From assembly GCA_043815885.1 (NCBI GenBank), contig JBDRIL010000010.1:1-50924 (forward strand): a stretch of 50,924 nt of DNA. The letters run 5' to 3'. Under the pieces are notes generated by a model. The model had not been told where the DNA came from. It saw nothing but the letters and a program-made list of their open reading frames with translations, and ran no database searches. Positions 18,121 to 27,860 of the stretch are shown in pieces; position 1 is the stretch's first letter; each line of letters starts with the position of its first letter. Source of the stretch: an archaeon. GTDB lineage: Archaea; Iainarchaeota; Iainarchaeia; Iainarchaeales; 1-14-0-10-31-34. The translations under genes were made by a program, and so were the position numbers.

Positions 18121-19758
18121 CTACAATTCCAATTCCAAAACACTTACTTTATTCTCTAGTCCAAATTTATCTAAAGTATTCTGGTTAACTTCCCCGATTA
18201 CTCCCTTTCTTTCCCCTGAATTAATTAATGCAGTCCTTCCATCTACAAGGAATGGAACCACTGCTTCCTTCAATGAATACTTTAATCCCAGATTCAATGC
18301 AATTGCCTCCAGCACTGACTTCATTTCATTGAAGTTTGCTTTTGAATGCGACATCACAATACAAAGCTTATTCTTTTCCTTTACCCCTGTTTCAGTTCCT
18401 TTACTCAATTCAACTGTCTTCCCTACCTCAAATATTCTCTGAGGATAGGAGTAAAGCTTATTCCTGCCCAAAAAATTCAGTAATTCAGGAATAATGCTCA
18501 ACCTGAACACTTCCCAATTAGATGAAATTGGATTAGCGATTTCCACAAACTCAGCATTCCTTAAATTCATTTTTTCTTCTTGAATCTCCTTTGAACTAAG
18601 ATTAAAGGTAATTACTTCCTGCAACCCAAAACCAATGCATAACTCCCTCACTTCCTCTAATTTCTTTTCTTCCTCTAATCCCTTTCCAACAGTAAACAGT
18701 TTCACTTTCTCTGGAATCATTTTATTGTAATCAAATGCAACAGCAATATCCTCTATTACATCCATTGGATGAATGATATCCATTCTATAATCAGGGTAAC
18801 TCACTTCAATCTTGTTTCCCTTTACTTTTCCATTCATTCTCTTTTTCTCTAAAAGCTTTACTGCTTCCTTTGCCTTTAAATTCATTCCCAATACAGAATT
18901 CACTTCCCTTAAATCAATAACAATCTTTTTTTCTCCAAAAACAGGCGAAGTTAACTTCTTTTTCCCGTAATTAAGTTCCACGCTTTCTATGCTTCCCCCT
19001 CTATCAGCCAGAGCCATGCAAACAACCTTTAATGCCGTATCAATTAATTCCTGATTGAATCCAGTCACATCAACAAACAAATTTTTGGTGGTAGTGGTTA
19101 CTTTTCCTGAACCCTCTGAATTAATTATTGGGGGCATTGAAAGCACTTCATTCCCTGAATCAACAAGCAAAGGAAATTCCTCAAATTTCTCTATTAAGTT
19201 TCCATAATCCTTTCCCTTTGGATGCTTCAATAGAATTTCCCTTAAACTCATTCTTTCACTGAAACCCAAGGGAACAAATTCCATAGAAGCAGGAGCAGCA
19301 TAATACCTTACATTTCCTTTCACTTTATCCAAATCAAACAATCCAATTGCAATCTCTTTTCTTTTCCTTCCAAAATTTTCACAAATCTTTTCCTGCAATT
19401 GAATCAACTGAACAATGAATTCCTCTGTTACCTTCACTCCCTTTACTACTGCATAAGCTCCTTTCGGGCGGATGTCCTTCAGCTTAGAATCAATTAATGC
19501 CTTTCTCCCGCTCTTCTTCACTTTATATTTTGGAAGCCCTTTCTCTATTCCATACTGTCCCTTTAATTCCCTTGCAATTCCCTCGGTTGACCATAAATCC
19601 GCTCTATTTGTATCCTTTAAATCCACTTTAATTGAATCCTCTTCAACTGCATCCACTTCCCCTTTAACGAAAAATAATCCTTCCTTTAATTCCTTTAAGG
19701 AAAAATTCTTTTTCATTAATTTATTGAAGTCCTTTAATGAAATCTCTATTGTCGGCAT
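18121..19758 (-). CDS. pheT: Phenylalanine--tRNA ligase beta subunit
   Basis: [52 protein letters not shown]. Confidence 0.97.
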   Translation of the reverse strand: MPTIEISLKDFNKLMKKNFSLKELKEGLFFVKGEVDAVEEDSIKVDLKDTNRADLWSTEGIARELKGQYGIEKGLPKYKVKKSGRKALIDSKLKDIRPKGAYAVVKGVKVTEEFIVQLIQLQEKICENFGRKRKEIAIGLFDLDKVKGNVRYYAAPASMEFVPLGFSERMSLREILLKHPKGKDYGNLIEKFEEFPLLVDSGNEVLSMPPIINSEGSGKVTTTTKNLFVDVTGFNQELIDTALKVVCMALADRGGSIESVELNYGKKKLTSPVFGEKKIVIDLREVNSVLGMNLKAKEAVKLLEKKRMNGKVKGNKIEVSYPDYRMDIIHPMDVIEDIAVAFDYNKMIPEKVKLFTVGKGLEEEKKLEEVRELCIGFGLQEVITFNLSSKEIQEEKMNLRNAEFVEIANPISSNWEVFRLSIIPELLNFLGRNKLYSYPQRIFEVGKTVELSKGTETGVKEKNKLCIVMSHSKANFNEMKSVLEAIALNLGLKYSLKEAVVPFLVDGRTALINSGERKGVIGEVNQNTLDKFGLENKVSVLELEL

Positions 19759-21243
19759 TCATTCCACCATTTTTTGTTTCCTCAACCAATCAATGTTGGT
19801 AGTAAACAATTCCCTCACATCCTTTATCCCTAACTTAAACATCGCTAGCCTGTCAGCTCCAATCCCCCAAGCAAGAGCTCTTCCTTTAATTCCCAGATTC
19901 TCAGTAATTTCTGGGCGGAAAATTCCAGCTCCTCCAAATTCAATCCAGCCCATTTCAGGATGCAGTGCATTCAGCTGAACTGATGGCTCAGTAAACGGAT
20001 AATAATCAGGAATGAATTCCACTTTCTTTGCTCCAGTTATTTCTTCAGCAAATCCTTTCAGTAAACCCAATAAATGCCTAAAATTCATTGATTCATCCAC
20101 AACAAATCCTTCCAATTGATTGAATTCAATTAAATGGCTTGCATCCACTACATCCGGCCTGAAACACCTTGCAATACAGAAGTATTTTCCCGGAAGCCCT
20201 ACTCCTTCCACTAACTGCCTTGCTGAATGAGCTGTTCCATGTGCTGCAGGCATCACTCTCCTTGCAATTGCCTCACTCCATTCGTATCTCCATCCCTTGC
20301 TTTTCGTGTTTCCTCCGTTCTCATGTGCTGCCTTTATCCTTGAAACAATTTTTTTGTCCGGAAGTTCTCCAGTTTTAGGATTCTTTAATTGGTATGTCTG
20401 AGTCCAGTCCCTTGCAGGATGGTTTTGAGGCTGAAACAATACATCAAAGTTATAGAATTCCTGCACAATCAATGGATTCTTCATTTCCCTGAATCCTAAT
20501 TCAATCAGTCTCTGCTTTATTTCCTTCAAAAACTTAAGATAGGGATGCCTTTTTCCTGGAAAGATTGCGGCAACTGGTTCCTGAATATTGTATTTTCTCT
20601 CTCCTGCTTTCCCCATTAACTCCTTTCCTTTTATTCCTTCCCCTGTAATAGAAATAAATTCACTTCCCTTCTCTTTCACTTTAATAAAATTCATTCTCTT
20701 CTGCAATTCCCCCAGCACTTTCTTTTCTTCTTCTCTCAATCCCTCTTCCTCTACTTCCTTCTCTCCGATTTTCTTAATTAATTCCTCTTCCTTCCCCCCC
20801 TCTTTTAACGCACTCAATCCCTTTTCGCTTATCTTTACCTCTAATTCCTTTTCCTTTCTTATTCCAATCCATTCTTTTCTCTTTGCCTGTCCTAAAGCAA
20901 TACTCAACTCGTTTTTCGGAATTCCCTTTAATTCACTCAGCTTCCTCCATTCCCCTCCACTTAATTCCTGAATTAATTTCCTTTCAATCATTCCTTCCCC
21001 TAAAACCTTTAATCCTTCCTTTCCCAATTCAATTATCCTGCTCTTCTTTATTCTTGCCTTCCCCAACCCTTTCTCACTCAGCCACTGGATTGCCCTTCTG
21101 CTTGAATCCAACTCAATTCCCGCTAATTCACTCAATTCCTCTGAACTCAGTTCCCTTCCAGCGGAAGCTAATGCTGAAAGCGCTTTCCTCTCAATTCCAC
21201 TCAATTCCGAAACAATCTTCTCCAACTGCATTGAAAAAACCAA
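19759..21243 (-). CDS. pheS: Phenylalanine--tRNA ligase alpha subunit
   Basis: GKRHPY, NFDVLFQPQNHPARD, FRPDVVDASHLIEFNQLEG, YPFTEPS, GAGIFRPE. Confidence 0.97.
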   Translation of the reverse strand: MVFSMQLEKIVSELSGIERKALSALASAGRELSSEELSELAGIELDSSRRAIQWLSEKGLGKARIKKSRIIELGKEGLKVLGEGMIERKLIQELSGGEWRKLSELKGIPKNELSIALGQAKRKEWIGIRKEKELEVKISEKGLSALKEGGKEEELIKKIGEKEVEEEGLREEEKKVLGELQKRMNFIKVKEKGSEFISITGEGIKGKELMGKAGERKYNIQEPVAAIFPGKRHPYLKFLKEIKQRLIELGFREMKNPLIVQEFYNFDVLFQPQNHPARDWTQTYQLKNPKTGELPDKKIVSRIKAAHENGGNTKSKGWRYEWSEAIARRVMPAAHGTAHSARQLVEGVGLPGKYFCIARCFRPDVVDASHLIEFNQLEGFVVDESMNFRHLLGLLKGFAEEITGAKKVEFIPDYYPFTEPSVQLNALHPEMGWIEFGGAGIFRPEITENLGIKGRALAWGIGADRLAMFKLGIKDVRELFTTNIDWLRKQKMVE

Positions 21244-21283
21244 TTAATTTAATTTCCTTCCCTTATTTTTAGTTATTATTACT

Positions 21284-21673
21284 ATGAGGAAAAACATAAA
21301 TAAATACGTAATGGATTCAGCGGTAATCCTGAATAACTTTAATTTCTCCTTCAAGCAGGGAGAACTCTACCTTACCACTAACTCAGTCCTTGATGAAATG
21401 ATTGACTTAAGAAGCAGGCAGTTGGTAGAAGTTGGCTTAAAGGAAGGATTCATTGAAATAAAAGAACCCTCCAAAAAATCACTTGAATTAATCGAAAAAG
21501 CCGCAAGAGAATTAGGAATAGAAAGAAGGCTGGCCCCAACAGACAAATCCATTCTCGCTCTCGCTTTAGAATTAAACCTTCCACTGCTCTCTGACGACTA
21601 CCAAATCCAAAAAGTCTGCATCAAACTAGGCCTAAAATACGATTCAGTCTTCAGGGAAAAAATAGAGAAATAA
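21284..21673 (+). CDS. nob1: PIN domain nuclease, Nob1-like (no Zn ribbon)
   Basis: YVMDSAVIL, TTNSVLDEM, LAPTDKSILALA, LSDDYQIQ. Confidence 0.8.
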   Translation: MRKNINKYVMDSAVILNNFNFSFKQGELYLTTNSVLDEMIDLRSRQLVEVGLKEGFIEIKEPSKKSLELIEKAARELGIERRLAPTDKSILALALELNLPLLSDDYQIQKVCIKLGLKYDSVFREKIEK

Positions 21674-21674
21674 T

Positions 21675-22187
21675 TTAATTTCCTTCCTCTTTAAATTTCT
21701 CTTTTAAAATTACATTCTCAAATATGCTTTCAATGTTTTTTTTTCCTTTTGAAACATCTTCTCTGTAACCAATTATTGTAAAACTCGTTGCATTGCCTCT
21801 TTTTAATGCACCCAATATCTGAGTGGGCCTTTTTACATCAGCATAGCTGAAAAAAATATAGTCGGCCCTTTCCACTAATTCCAGCCGTGGCTGTCTCATT
21901 CTTCTTTCAATGCTTGGCAAAAGTTTTTTAGCCTTATTATCATAAAAAATTTCTTCTCCAAAACTTGAGATTTCAAAGAAACTATTGATTTTATTTTCCT
22001 TTAAAAGCTTCATTAAAAACAAACCATACTCCCTGCTTCCTGCCCCCTGAGGGCAAATAAAAACAACCCTTATTTTTTTATTAGGATTTTTTGGATGGAA
22101 AGTTCTTTTCCTTCTAAGAAATAAAAAAGGTTTTCCAGGGTGTCCCACTTTGGCTTTGGCAGTTTTTCCTTTTCCCCATTTTCTCAT
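21675..22187 (-). CDS. Hypothetical protein with basic N-terminus and possible PTS-IIB/phosphatase-like fold
   Basis: K/R-rich leader, then IRVVFICPQGAGS and ERADYIF. Confidence 0.55.
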   Translation of the reverse strand: MRKWGKGKTAKAKVGHPGKPFLFLRRKRTFHPKNPNKKIRVVFICPQGAGSREYGLFLMKLLKENKINSFFEISSFGEEIFYDNKAKKLLPSIERRMRQPRLELVERADYIFFSYADVKRPTQILGALKRGNATSFTIIGYREDVSKGKKNIESIFENVILKEKFKEEGN

Positions 22188-22191
22188 TCTC

Positions 22192-23388
22192 TCATCCCTT
22201 TAGCATTATCTTCACTACGTCCCCGTCTTTTAATTCATGGTCTTTTCCGATTTTTTGCCCGCTCCTGCAGTCAATTGCTCCAATGAATCTGTCAACGAAA
22301 TCAGTGTGAATCTTTTCAGCTAACTCAATTGCAGTGGAGCCCCTCCTTACAAGAAATGCATCTGGAAGGACTGCTCCTGTTCCAGAAGTCCATTTATGCT
22401 GGTCCTGAACAGGATAAACTGCAATTAAATCCAGTAACTCAAATGCAGTCTTATTAATTATTTCCTGGACGCCAGTTCCTTCATTCTTCTCCAATACATT
22501 GCTTCTGATAAACTCCAATGCCTTTGCCTGTTTTTCCGGAATGTCTTCCTTCAATAACTTGAATTCCTTCTCTCCAGGAACATAATCAATTATTCCTGCC
22601 TTTGCTGCCTTTCTCAAAGCCAGCTCGCTTTCTGCACTGCATCCAAAAATCCTGTAATCAGGAAAGTCTTTTCGTAATTTCTTTAAATTCTCTTCTGCTC
22701 CTTCTACATCAATTTTATTCGCAGCAATAATTATTGGCTTGCTTTTTGCCCTGATTTTTTCACTGAACTCCAGTAATTCCTCTTCACTCCATGAATCAGG
22801 CTTCAAAGAAAAACCTTCTCTCTTCACTACTTGTTTTACTTCTTCCTCATTAATCCCTAATCCAGTTAAATTTTTTGTTAATCCCTCATAAGGGCCTTTG
22901 GAATCAATTGCTGCCTGCTTGCTTGTCTTCCCCCAGTTTTTTGTCAGAATTCCCTTAATCCAGTAAGCAATTTCTTTCTCCAGGAATTTAATGCTTTCTC
23001 CCGGATCATAGGAACCTTTTGCAACAGGATTGCCTTCTGCATCCACGCTGCCACTTGCATCAATTACATGAATCAATGCCTGTGCCTGCATTAAGTCATT
23101 GAGAAACTGATTTCCTAATCCTTTTCCTTTATGCGCTTCCGGAACCAATCCAGCTACATCCAGCAAAGCAATCGGAATAAGCCTCACTCCATTAACGCAT
23201 TTACTGTTTACTGGATTGCATTCCTTTCCGAATTCCAGATGAGGGCATTTAACCTTTACATAGGTCGTGCCTTGATTTGGCTTAATGGTTACAAAAGGCC
23301 TGTTGGAAATCTCTGCTTCAACCAGAGTTGAAGCACAAAAGAAAGTGGTTTTTCCTGTATTGGTTCCGCCTACTACTCCAATCAACAT
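22192..23388 (-). CDS. ychF: YchF/OLA1-like OBG-family NTPase with TGS domain
   Basis: GGTNTGKTT, PFVTIKPN, DVAGLV, GLGNQFL, NKID, C-terminal TGS (AEKIHTD...LKDGDVV). Confidence 0.93.
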   Translation of the reverse strand: MLIGVVGGTNTGKTTFFCASTLVEAEISNRPFVTIKPNQGTTYVKVKCPHLEFGKECNPVNSKCVNGVRLIPIALLDVAGLVPEAHKGKGLGNQFLNDLMQAQALIHVIDASGSVDAEGNPVAKGSYDPGESIKFLEKEIAYWIKGILTKNWGKTSKQAAIDSKGPYEGLTKNLTGLGINEEEVKQVVKREGFSLKPDSWSEEELLEFSEKIRAKSKPIIIAANKIDVEGAEENLKKLRKDFPDYRIFGCSAESELALRKAAKAGIIDYVPGEKEFKLLKEDIPEKQAKALEFIRSNVLEKNEGTGVQEIINKTAFELLDLIAVYPVQDQHKWTSGTGAVLPDAFLVRRGSTAIELAEKIHTDFVDRFIGAIDCRSGQKIGKDHELKDGDVVKIMLKG

Positions 23389-23435
23389 TCTGAATCAATT
23401 AAATTATTATGCCTTAGTGCTTTAATATATTTATT

Positions 23436-24848
23436 ATGCCTTCAGAGCTCTGGACTGAAAAATACTCCCCCAAAAATTTAACTGAATTCATTGGGAACAC
23501 GGATTTAGTGGAAAAGGTTATTGTCTGGAGCAGGGAATGGAAGCAGGGAAAAAAGAAAAAACCACTGCTTTTCTTTGGCCCTACAGGAATTGGAAAAACA
23601 GCACTGGCTTACCTGATTGCAAGAATTAATTCCTGGGGCATTTTTGAATTAAATGCATCTGATTCCAGAACAAAGGAAATAATCGAAAAAGTAGCAGGAG
23701 CTGCTGCCTTTAATGCAAGCTTTTCAGGGGAATTAAGACTTGTTCTGTTAGATGAAGTTGATGGATTACAGAGACAGGATAGAGGCGGGGTAGGAGCAAT
23801 CACTGGAATAATAAGGGAATCCAACAACCCGATAATCCTTACAGCAAACGATATCTATGCTGACAGGAAACTCCTTCCACTAAGAAGTTATTGTGAGTTG
23901 GTGCAGTTCAAACGCATTAATTATCTTTCAATAGCCAAAAGACTGAGAGAAATCCTGGAAGAAGAAAAAATTGAATTTGATCCGGAAGCAGTAACTCTGT
24001 TGGCAAAAAACTCTAAAGGAGATTTCAGGAGCGTGTTAATTGATTTACAAACGCTTTCCTTGAAAGGAAGAATTGAAATAAAAGACGTGGAAGAATTAGG
24101 GGGAAGGGAGAGAGAGGAAGACGTCTTTAAGATCCTCAGGAAAATCTTTACTGCAAATAATTTTGCTGATGCAAGGAATGCAAGGTTTGCTTCAGACCTT
24201 TCAACTGAATTGCTTGAGAGATGGATCGAGGAAAACATTCCAAGGCATTTCACTTTTCCTGAAGATACAGCAAATGCATTTGAAAGATTAAGCAGGGCAG
24301 ATGTATTCAATGGAAGAATAATGAAGAGACAGCATTACGGTTTTTTGAGGTATTCTTCTGATTTAATGACTGCAGGAGTCAGCCTTTCAAGAAAAAAAGA
24401 TTATCCCGGATTTGTAATGTACCAGTTCCCTAAACTTCTTTCAATGCTAAGCAGGAGTGCTTCAACCAGGAGAATGAGAAAGGAATTAGCAGAAAAACTG
24501 AGTGAAAAAATTCATTCTTCCTCCAGAGAAATCCTTGCAGAAGATTTTCCTTTCCTGAAAATTATCTTACAGAACAATAAAGAATTCTTAATCCAGTTTT
24601 CTGCCCAGTTCGATTTAAGCATAGAAGAAATCGCTTTTCTGATTGGCTCAAAGGCAGAAACAAAAAAGGTAAAGGAAATCCATGAAAAAGCAATTGAAGA
24701 AAAAAAGAAAATGATTGTTTCAAAAAGACGCCCATTAGAAGGTTTAGAAGAATATATGGTAAAGAGAATTGAGGAAAAAGGACAGGGAGTAGAAAAAAAA
24801 GAGGAAAAAGAACCAATGCAAACCTCTTTGGATTCTTATTTTAGTTGA
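23436..24848 (+). CDS. rfcL: Replication factor C large subunit
   Basis: WTEKYSP, GPTGIGKT, ELNASD, LLDEVD, C-terminal PIP box QTSLDSYF. Confidence 0.96.
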   Translation: MPSELWTEKYSPKNLTEFIGNTDLVEKVIVWSREWKQGKKKKPLLFFGPTGIGKTALAYLIARINSWGIFELNASDSRTKEIIEKVAGAAAFNASFSGELRLVLLDEVDGLQRQDRGGVGAITGIIRESNNPIILTANDIYADRKLLPLRSYCELVQFKRINYLSIAKRLREILEEEKIEFDPEAVTLLAKNSKGDFRSVLIDLQTLSLKGRIEIKDVEELGGREREEDVFKILRKIFTANNFADARNARFASDLSTELLERWIEENIPRHFTFPEDTANAFERLSRADVFNGRIMKRQHYGFLRYSSDLMTAGVSLSRKKDYPGFVMYQFPKLLSMLSRSASTRRMRKELAEKLSEKIHSSSREILAEDFPFLKIILQNNKEFLIQFSAQFDLSIEEIAFLIGSKAETKKVKEIHEKAIEEKKKMIVSKRRPLEGLEEYMVKRIEEKGQGVEKKEEKEPMQTSLDSYFS

Positions 24849-26186
24849 TTACTCGAATTCTGTTTCCAGTTCCTCTGGTTTTTCTGATTTTCTTATTGAT
24901 GAATGACTTATGACGTAATCAGTTATTTTTTCGTTTATTTTCCTTCTTTTAACGTAAAGAATTAATGCAATCACTAATACTCCTGCCAGTAATCCCATAA
25001 TCACATTTGTCTGAACAAGGTATCTAACGAATTTCGCAGTATCTATTGGAGGAGCAATGTTTTTTTCCAGAGAATAACTCAATGAAATAAAATTGTCGCT
25101 CTTATATCCCTGCCAAGTTATTTCATGATCAGAAACTATTGCGTCGGGTTTAATGTTTCCAATCAATTCAGCCTTTAACGGAATAAAGAATGTAATGGTA
25201 GTGTTTGCAGGAATGATTGTTGTTCCGCCCTGTTGGAATTTACTGAATTTTTTTGGGTCAATATTCCACTTAATTAATCTAGTGGTTTGAACTGCCTCTT
25301 TTTTGAAGACAGAATCACTTAATGCATAGCTTATCCTGATATAGCTGTTGCTGACTCCCTCTTCAATAAATGAAACAGAAGCTCCAGTGACTTCTTCATC
25401 ACTTCCAATGCGAGTAAAGATATTGTTATCATACGCATTCCATACAATCAAGCTTGAACCATTATCTGTGTTTATCTGCTTGAATTCATCTAATTCTCTT
25501 TGATTCCTGAAATCAAGGGAATATCTTTCAGTTATTCCAGCAAAACCGTCTTCCTTTACTGTAATCTCTATTTCCAGCCGCTTTATTTCTGGAGGGCTTA
25601 ATGGTTTTTCAGTGAAGTAAGAAATGTTTGGGGTAATACTGCTAACATATCCATTGAATTCAATCCTGTTTTCCTCTATTAATGCGTCAGGACTTACTTC
25701 CTCTAATACCTCTGATTTCCTTGGAAGAAAAAAAATCAGATTGGTATCAGAGGGAATTAAAAAAACTTCATCCACGTAAAATAAGGGAAATTTTTCCAGG
25801 TTAATGCTCCAATTGATTTTGTCTGTCCTTTCTTTCTTCAAAAAAACTTCTTCGATGTAATAAGAAATTCTCAGGAACTTTTCTTCCCCTTTTTCTTCAA
25901 AGAAGATTCCAATTTTGCTTGCTTCCGCATTCGTTGAACCTGTATGAAAGAAGATTTCTTCATTAAATGTATTCCATGCATTAATATTGTTTCCGTTCTT
26001 TTTTGCTTCTTCCCTGAATGCATTTAATTCCTCTGTTCCATTGAAATCAAGAAAGTATTGCTCTGTTATTGCTGCGTTCCCTGAATCAGTCAATTGAATT
26101 TCAATCCTTTCCCCTCTTATGTTGGCTGCACTAACCAGAGAAGAAAAAAACAATGCAAAGAACAAAACCATAAAAATTTTTTTCAT
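24849..26186 (-). CDS. Secreted, C-terminally membrane-anchored protein with internally duplicated domain
   Basis: Signal peptide MKKIFMVLFFALFFSSLVSA; two copies of IEI..(D/E).G.A.ITE.Y.LDF...EL..F...NG..(I/L)..WN; C-terminal TM followed by KRRK. Confidence 0.82.
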   Translation of the reverse strand: MKKIFMVLFFALFFSSLVSAANIRGERIEIQLTDSGNAAITEQYFLDFNGTEELNAFREEAKKNGNNINAWNTFNEEIFFHTGSTNAEASKIGIFFEEKGEEKFLRISYYIEEVFLKKERTDKINWSINLEKFPLFYVDEVFLIPSDTNLIFFLPRKSEVLEEVSPDALIEENRIEFNGYVSSITPNISYFTEKPLSPPEIKRLEIEITVKEDGFAGITERYSLDFRNQRELDEFKQINTDNGSSLIVWNAYDNNIFTRIGSDEEVTGASVSFIEEGVSNSYIRISYALSDSVFKKEAVQTTRLIKWNIDPKKFSKFQQGGTTIIPANTTITFFIPLKAELIGNIKPDAIVSDHEITWQGYKSDNFISLSYSLEKNIAPPIDTAKFVRYLVQTNVIMGLLAGVLVIALILYVKRRKINEKITDYVISHSSIRKSEKPEELETEFE

Positions 26187-26342
26187 TTTTCCCACTCTTT
26201 CCAATCCAGATATATTATTCATCATTAATCTATTAATTGTTATAGTTTTTTTCTCTCTAAAACTTTTCGGATAGGCAGATTTATATTCTTGGGATCCCTA
26301 TTATAGTATGATTTTATTCAAAATCGCTTTCTGGGGAAACCT

Positions 26343-27029
26343 ATGGTCAAGATTCACTTTCTGGGGCACTCTTCTTTTAAGTTGGTTTACCCTCACACGT
26401 CAATCCTTATTGACCCATTCATTAACAATACCTGTATTGAACCAAGTTTTAAGAGATTGATTGATTCTCCAGTGAAAGAAAATGAATTGAATGATGTAAG
26501 TTTAATTCTTGTTTCTCACGAACACTTTGATCACTTCGATAAAAAAGCAATTGAATCAATTGCACAAAAAAACAATTCAGTAGTAGTAGGCCATGAAAGT
26601 GTTTTGCAAAAACTTAAACTCCACAAGAGATTTCTCTGTCCAATAACAATAGGACAAAAGATTGAGTTAAGGAAACTAGCAATAGAAGGAATCACTGCCC
26701 ACCATCCCAACTCCTTTTTTCCTATAGGGTTTTTAATTGATTCAGGAAAAGAAAAAATTTATCACGCAGGAGACACTGACTTAATAGATGAGTTCGATGA
26801 AATAAAGGCAGACATTGCATTACTACCTATTGGGGGAACGTATACAATGGATTTAGTTGACGGAGTAAAGGCAACAAAATCAATGAAACCAAAGATCGTA
26901 ATCCCAATGCACTACAATACCTTTTCAATGATTAAAGCAGATGCACTTGAATTCAAGCACAAAATAGAAAAAAGCCTGCTTGAAACAAAACCAGTAATCC
27001 TAAAACCAGGCGAATCCTTTCACTATTAA
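26343..27029 (+). CDS. Metallo-beta-lactamase fold hydrolase (UPF0173-like)
   Basis: FLGHS, LIDPF, SHEHFDH, YHAGDT, LPIGGTYTM, IPMHY. Confidence 0.92.
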   Translation: MVKIHFLGHSSFKLVYPHTSILIDPFINNTCIEPSFKRLIDSPVKENELNDVSLILVSHEHFDHFDKKAIESIAQKNNSVVVGHESVLQKLKLHKRFLCPITIGQKIELRKLAIEGITAHHPNSFFPIGFLIDSGKEKIYHAGDTDLIDEFDEIKADIALLPIGGTYTMDLVDGVKATKSMKPKIVIPMHYNTFSMIKADALEFKHKIEKSLLETKPVILKPGESFHY

Positions 27030-27736
27030 TCCACAATTATTTTCTCTGCTTCCTTTAACTGTTTTAAATCAGATACATCAGAATAACCCGCACTCAACGG
27101 AATCCATGAAACCCTTCCCTTTCCAATCAATAACTTGATTGAATCAGTTATTTCATATTCCTTTCTTGAACTCAAGGGAGTTTTTTCTATTGCCTCAAAT
27201 ATCTTTGAAGAAAACTTATAGATCCCCGCATTAACCAACCTGGAAGTAGTTTCTCCTTTTTCTGGCTTTTCAATTACTCCTTTCACCATATTAGCTTCAA
27301 CTTTCAGCACCCCAAAATTCCAGGGATCATGAACTTTTCTTCCAACCAATACTGCATCAAAACCCCTTACTTTCTTCAAATCATCAATTATGTGGTGTTC
27401 AAAGTAAACATCCCCATTCACCTGAATGAAGTCCTTTCCATTCACGAAATCCTTTGCCTTATAAACTGCATTGGCTGTTCCAATAGGTTTTTCCTGAACA
27501 AAGTATTCAATCTTGGTTCCCTTGAAAAAATTTCCAAAGCGATTCATTATCTTTTCTTTTTTATATCCAACCACGATTCCTATTTTCCTTATTCCTGCCT
27601 TCTTCAAGTTCTCCATGCTTCTTTCAAGCAAACTCTTTCCTTTAACCTCTATCATTGCCTTGGGAATTTCATCAGTCAGAGGCCTCATCCTCAAGCCTTT
27701 TCCTGCAGCAAGAATCACTCCATTCATTTCATTCAC
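27026..27736 (-). CDS. Sugar-phosphate nucleotidyltransferase (RfbA/GlmU N-terminal type)
   Basis: VILAAGKGLRMRPLT..PKAM, Q..PIGTA, NGD, IEKP, EYEITD. Confidence 0.92.
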   Translation of the reverse strand: MNEMNGVILAAGKGLRMRPLTDEIPKAMIEVKGKSLLERSMENLKKAGIRKIGIVVGYKKEKIMNRFGNFFKGTKIEYFVQEKPIGTANAVYKAKDFVNGKDFIQVNGDVYFEHHIIDDLKKVRGFDAVLVGRKVHDPWNFGVLKVEANMVKGVIEKPEKGETTSRLVNAGIYKFSSKIFEAIEKTPLSSRKEYEITDSIKLLIGKGRVSWIPLSAGYSDVSDLKQLKEAEKIIVD

Positions 27737-27770
27737 TAATAAATTTCTACATTAAAAAAATTAATGGTTA

Positions 27771-27860
27771 TATCAAAGGACAAAGATATAGAAACAAAAT
27801 TTGTCCTTTGATAGCTATCAAAAGACATTAGTTATGAAACTTTTTTAATGTCTTTTGATA
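27771..27860. repeat. Two adjacent perfect inverted repeats built from four copies of TATCAAA(G/A)GACA
   Basis: Arms 27771-27784/27800-27813 (14 bp) and 27816-27830/27846-27860 (15 bp); both loops are 15 nt and contain GAAAC. Confidence 0.9.

Noticed and set aside
27771..27860. Xer dif site
   Set aside because: The geometry (14-15 bp arms, 15-nt spacers, duplicated) does not fit the 11-6-11 dif layout.
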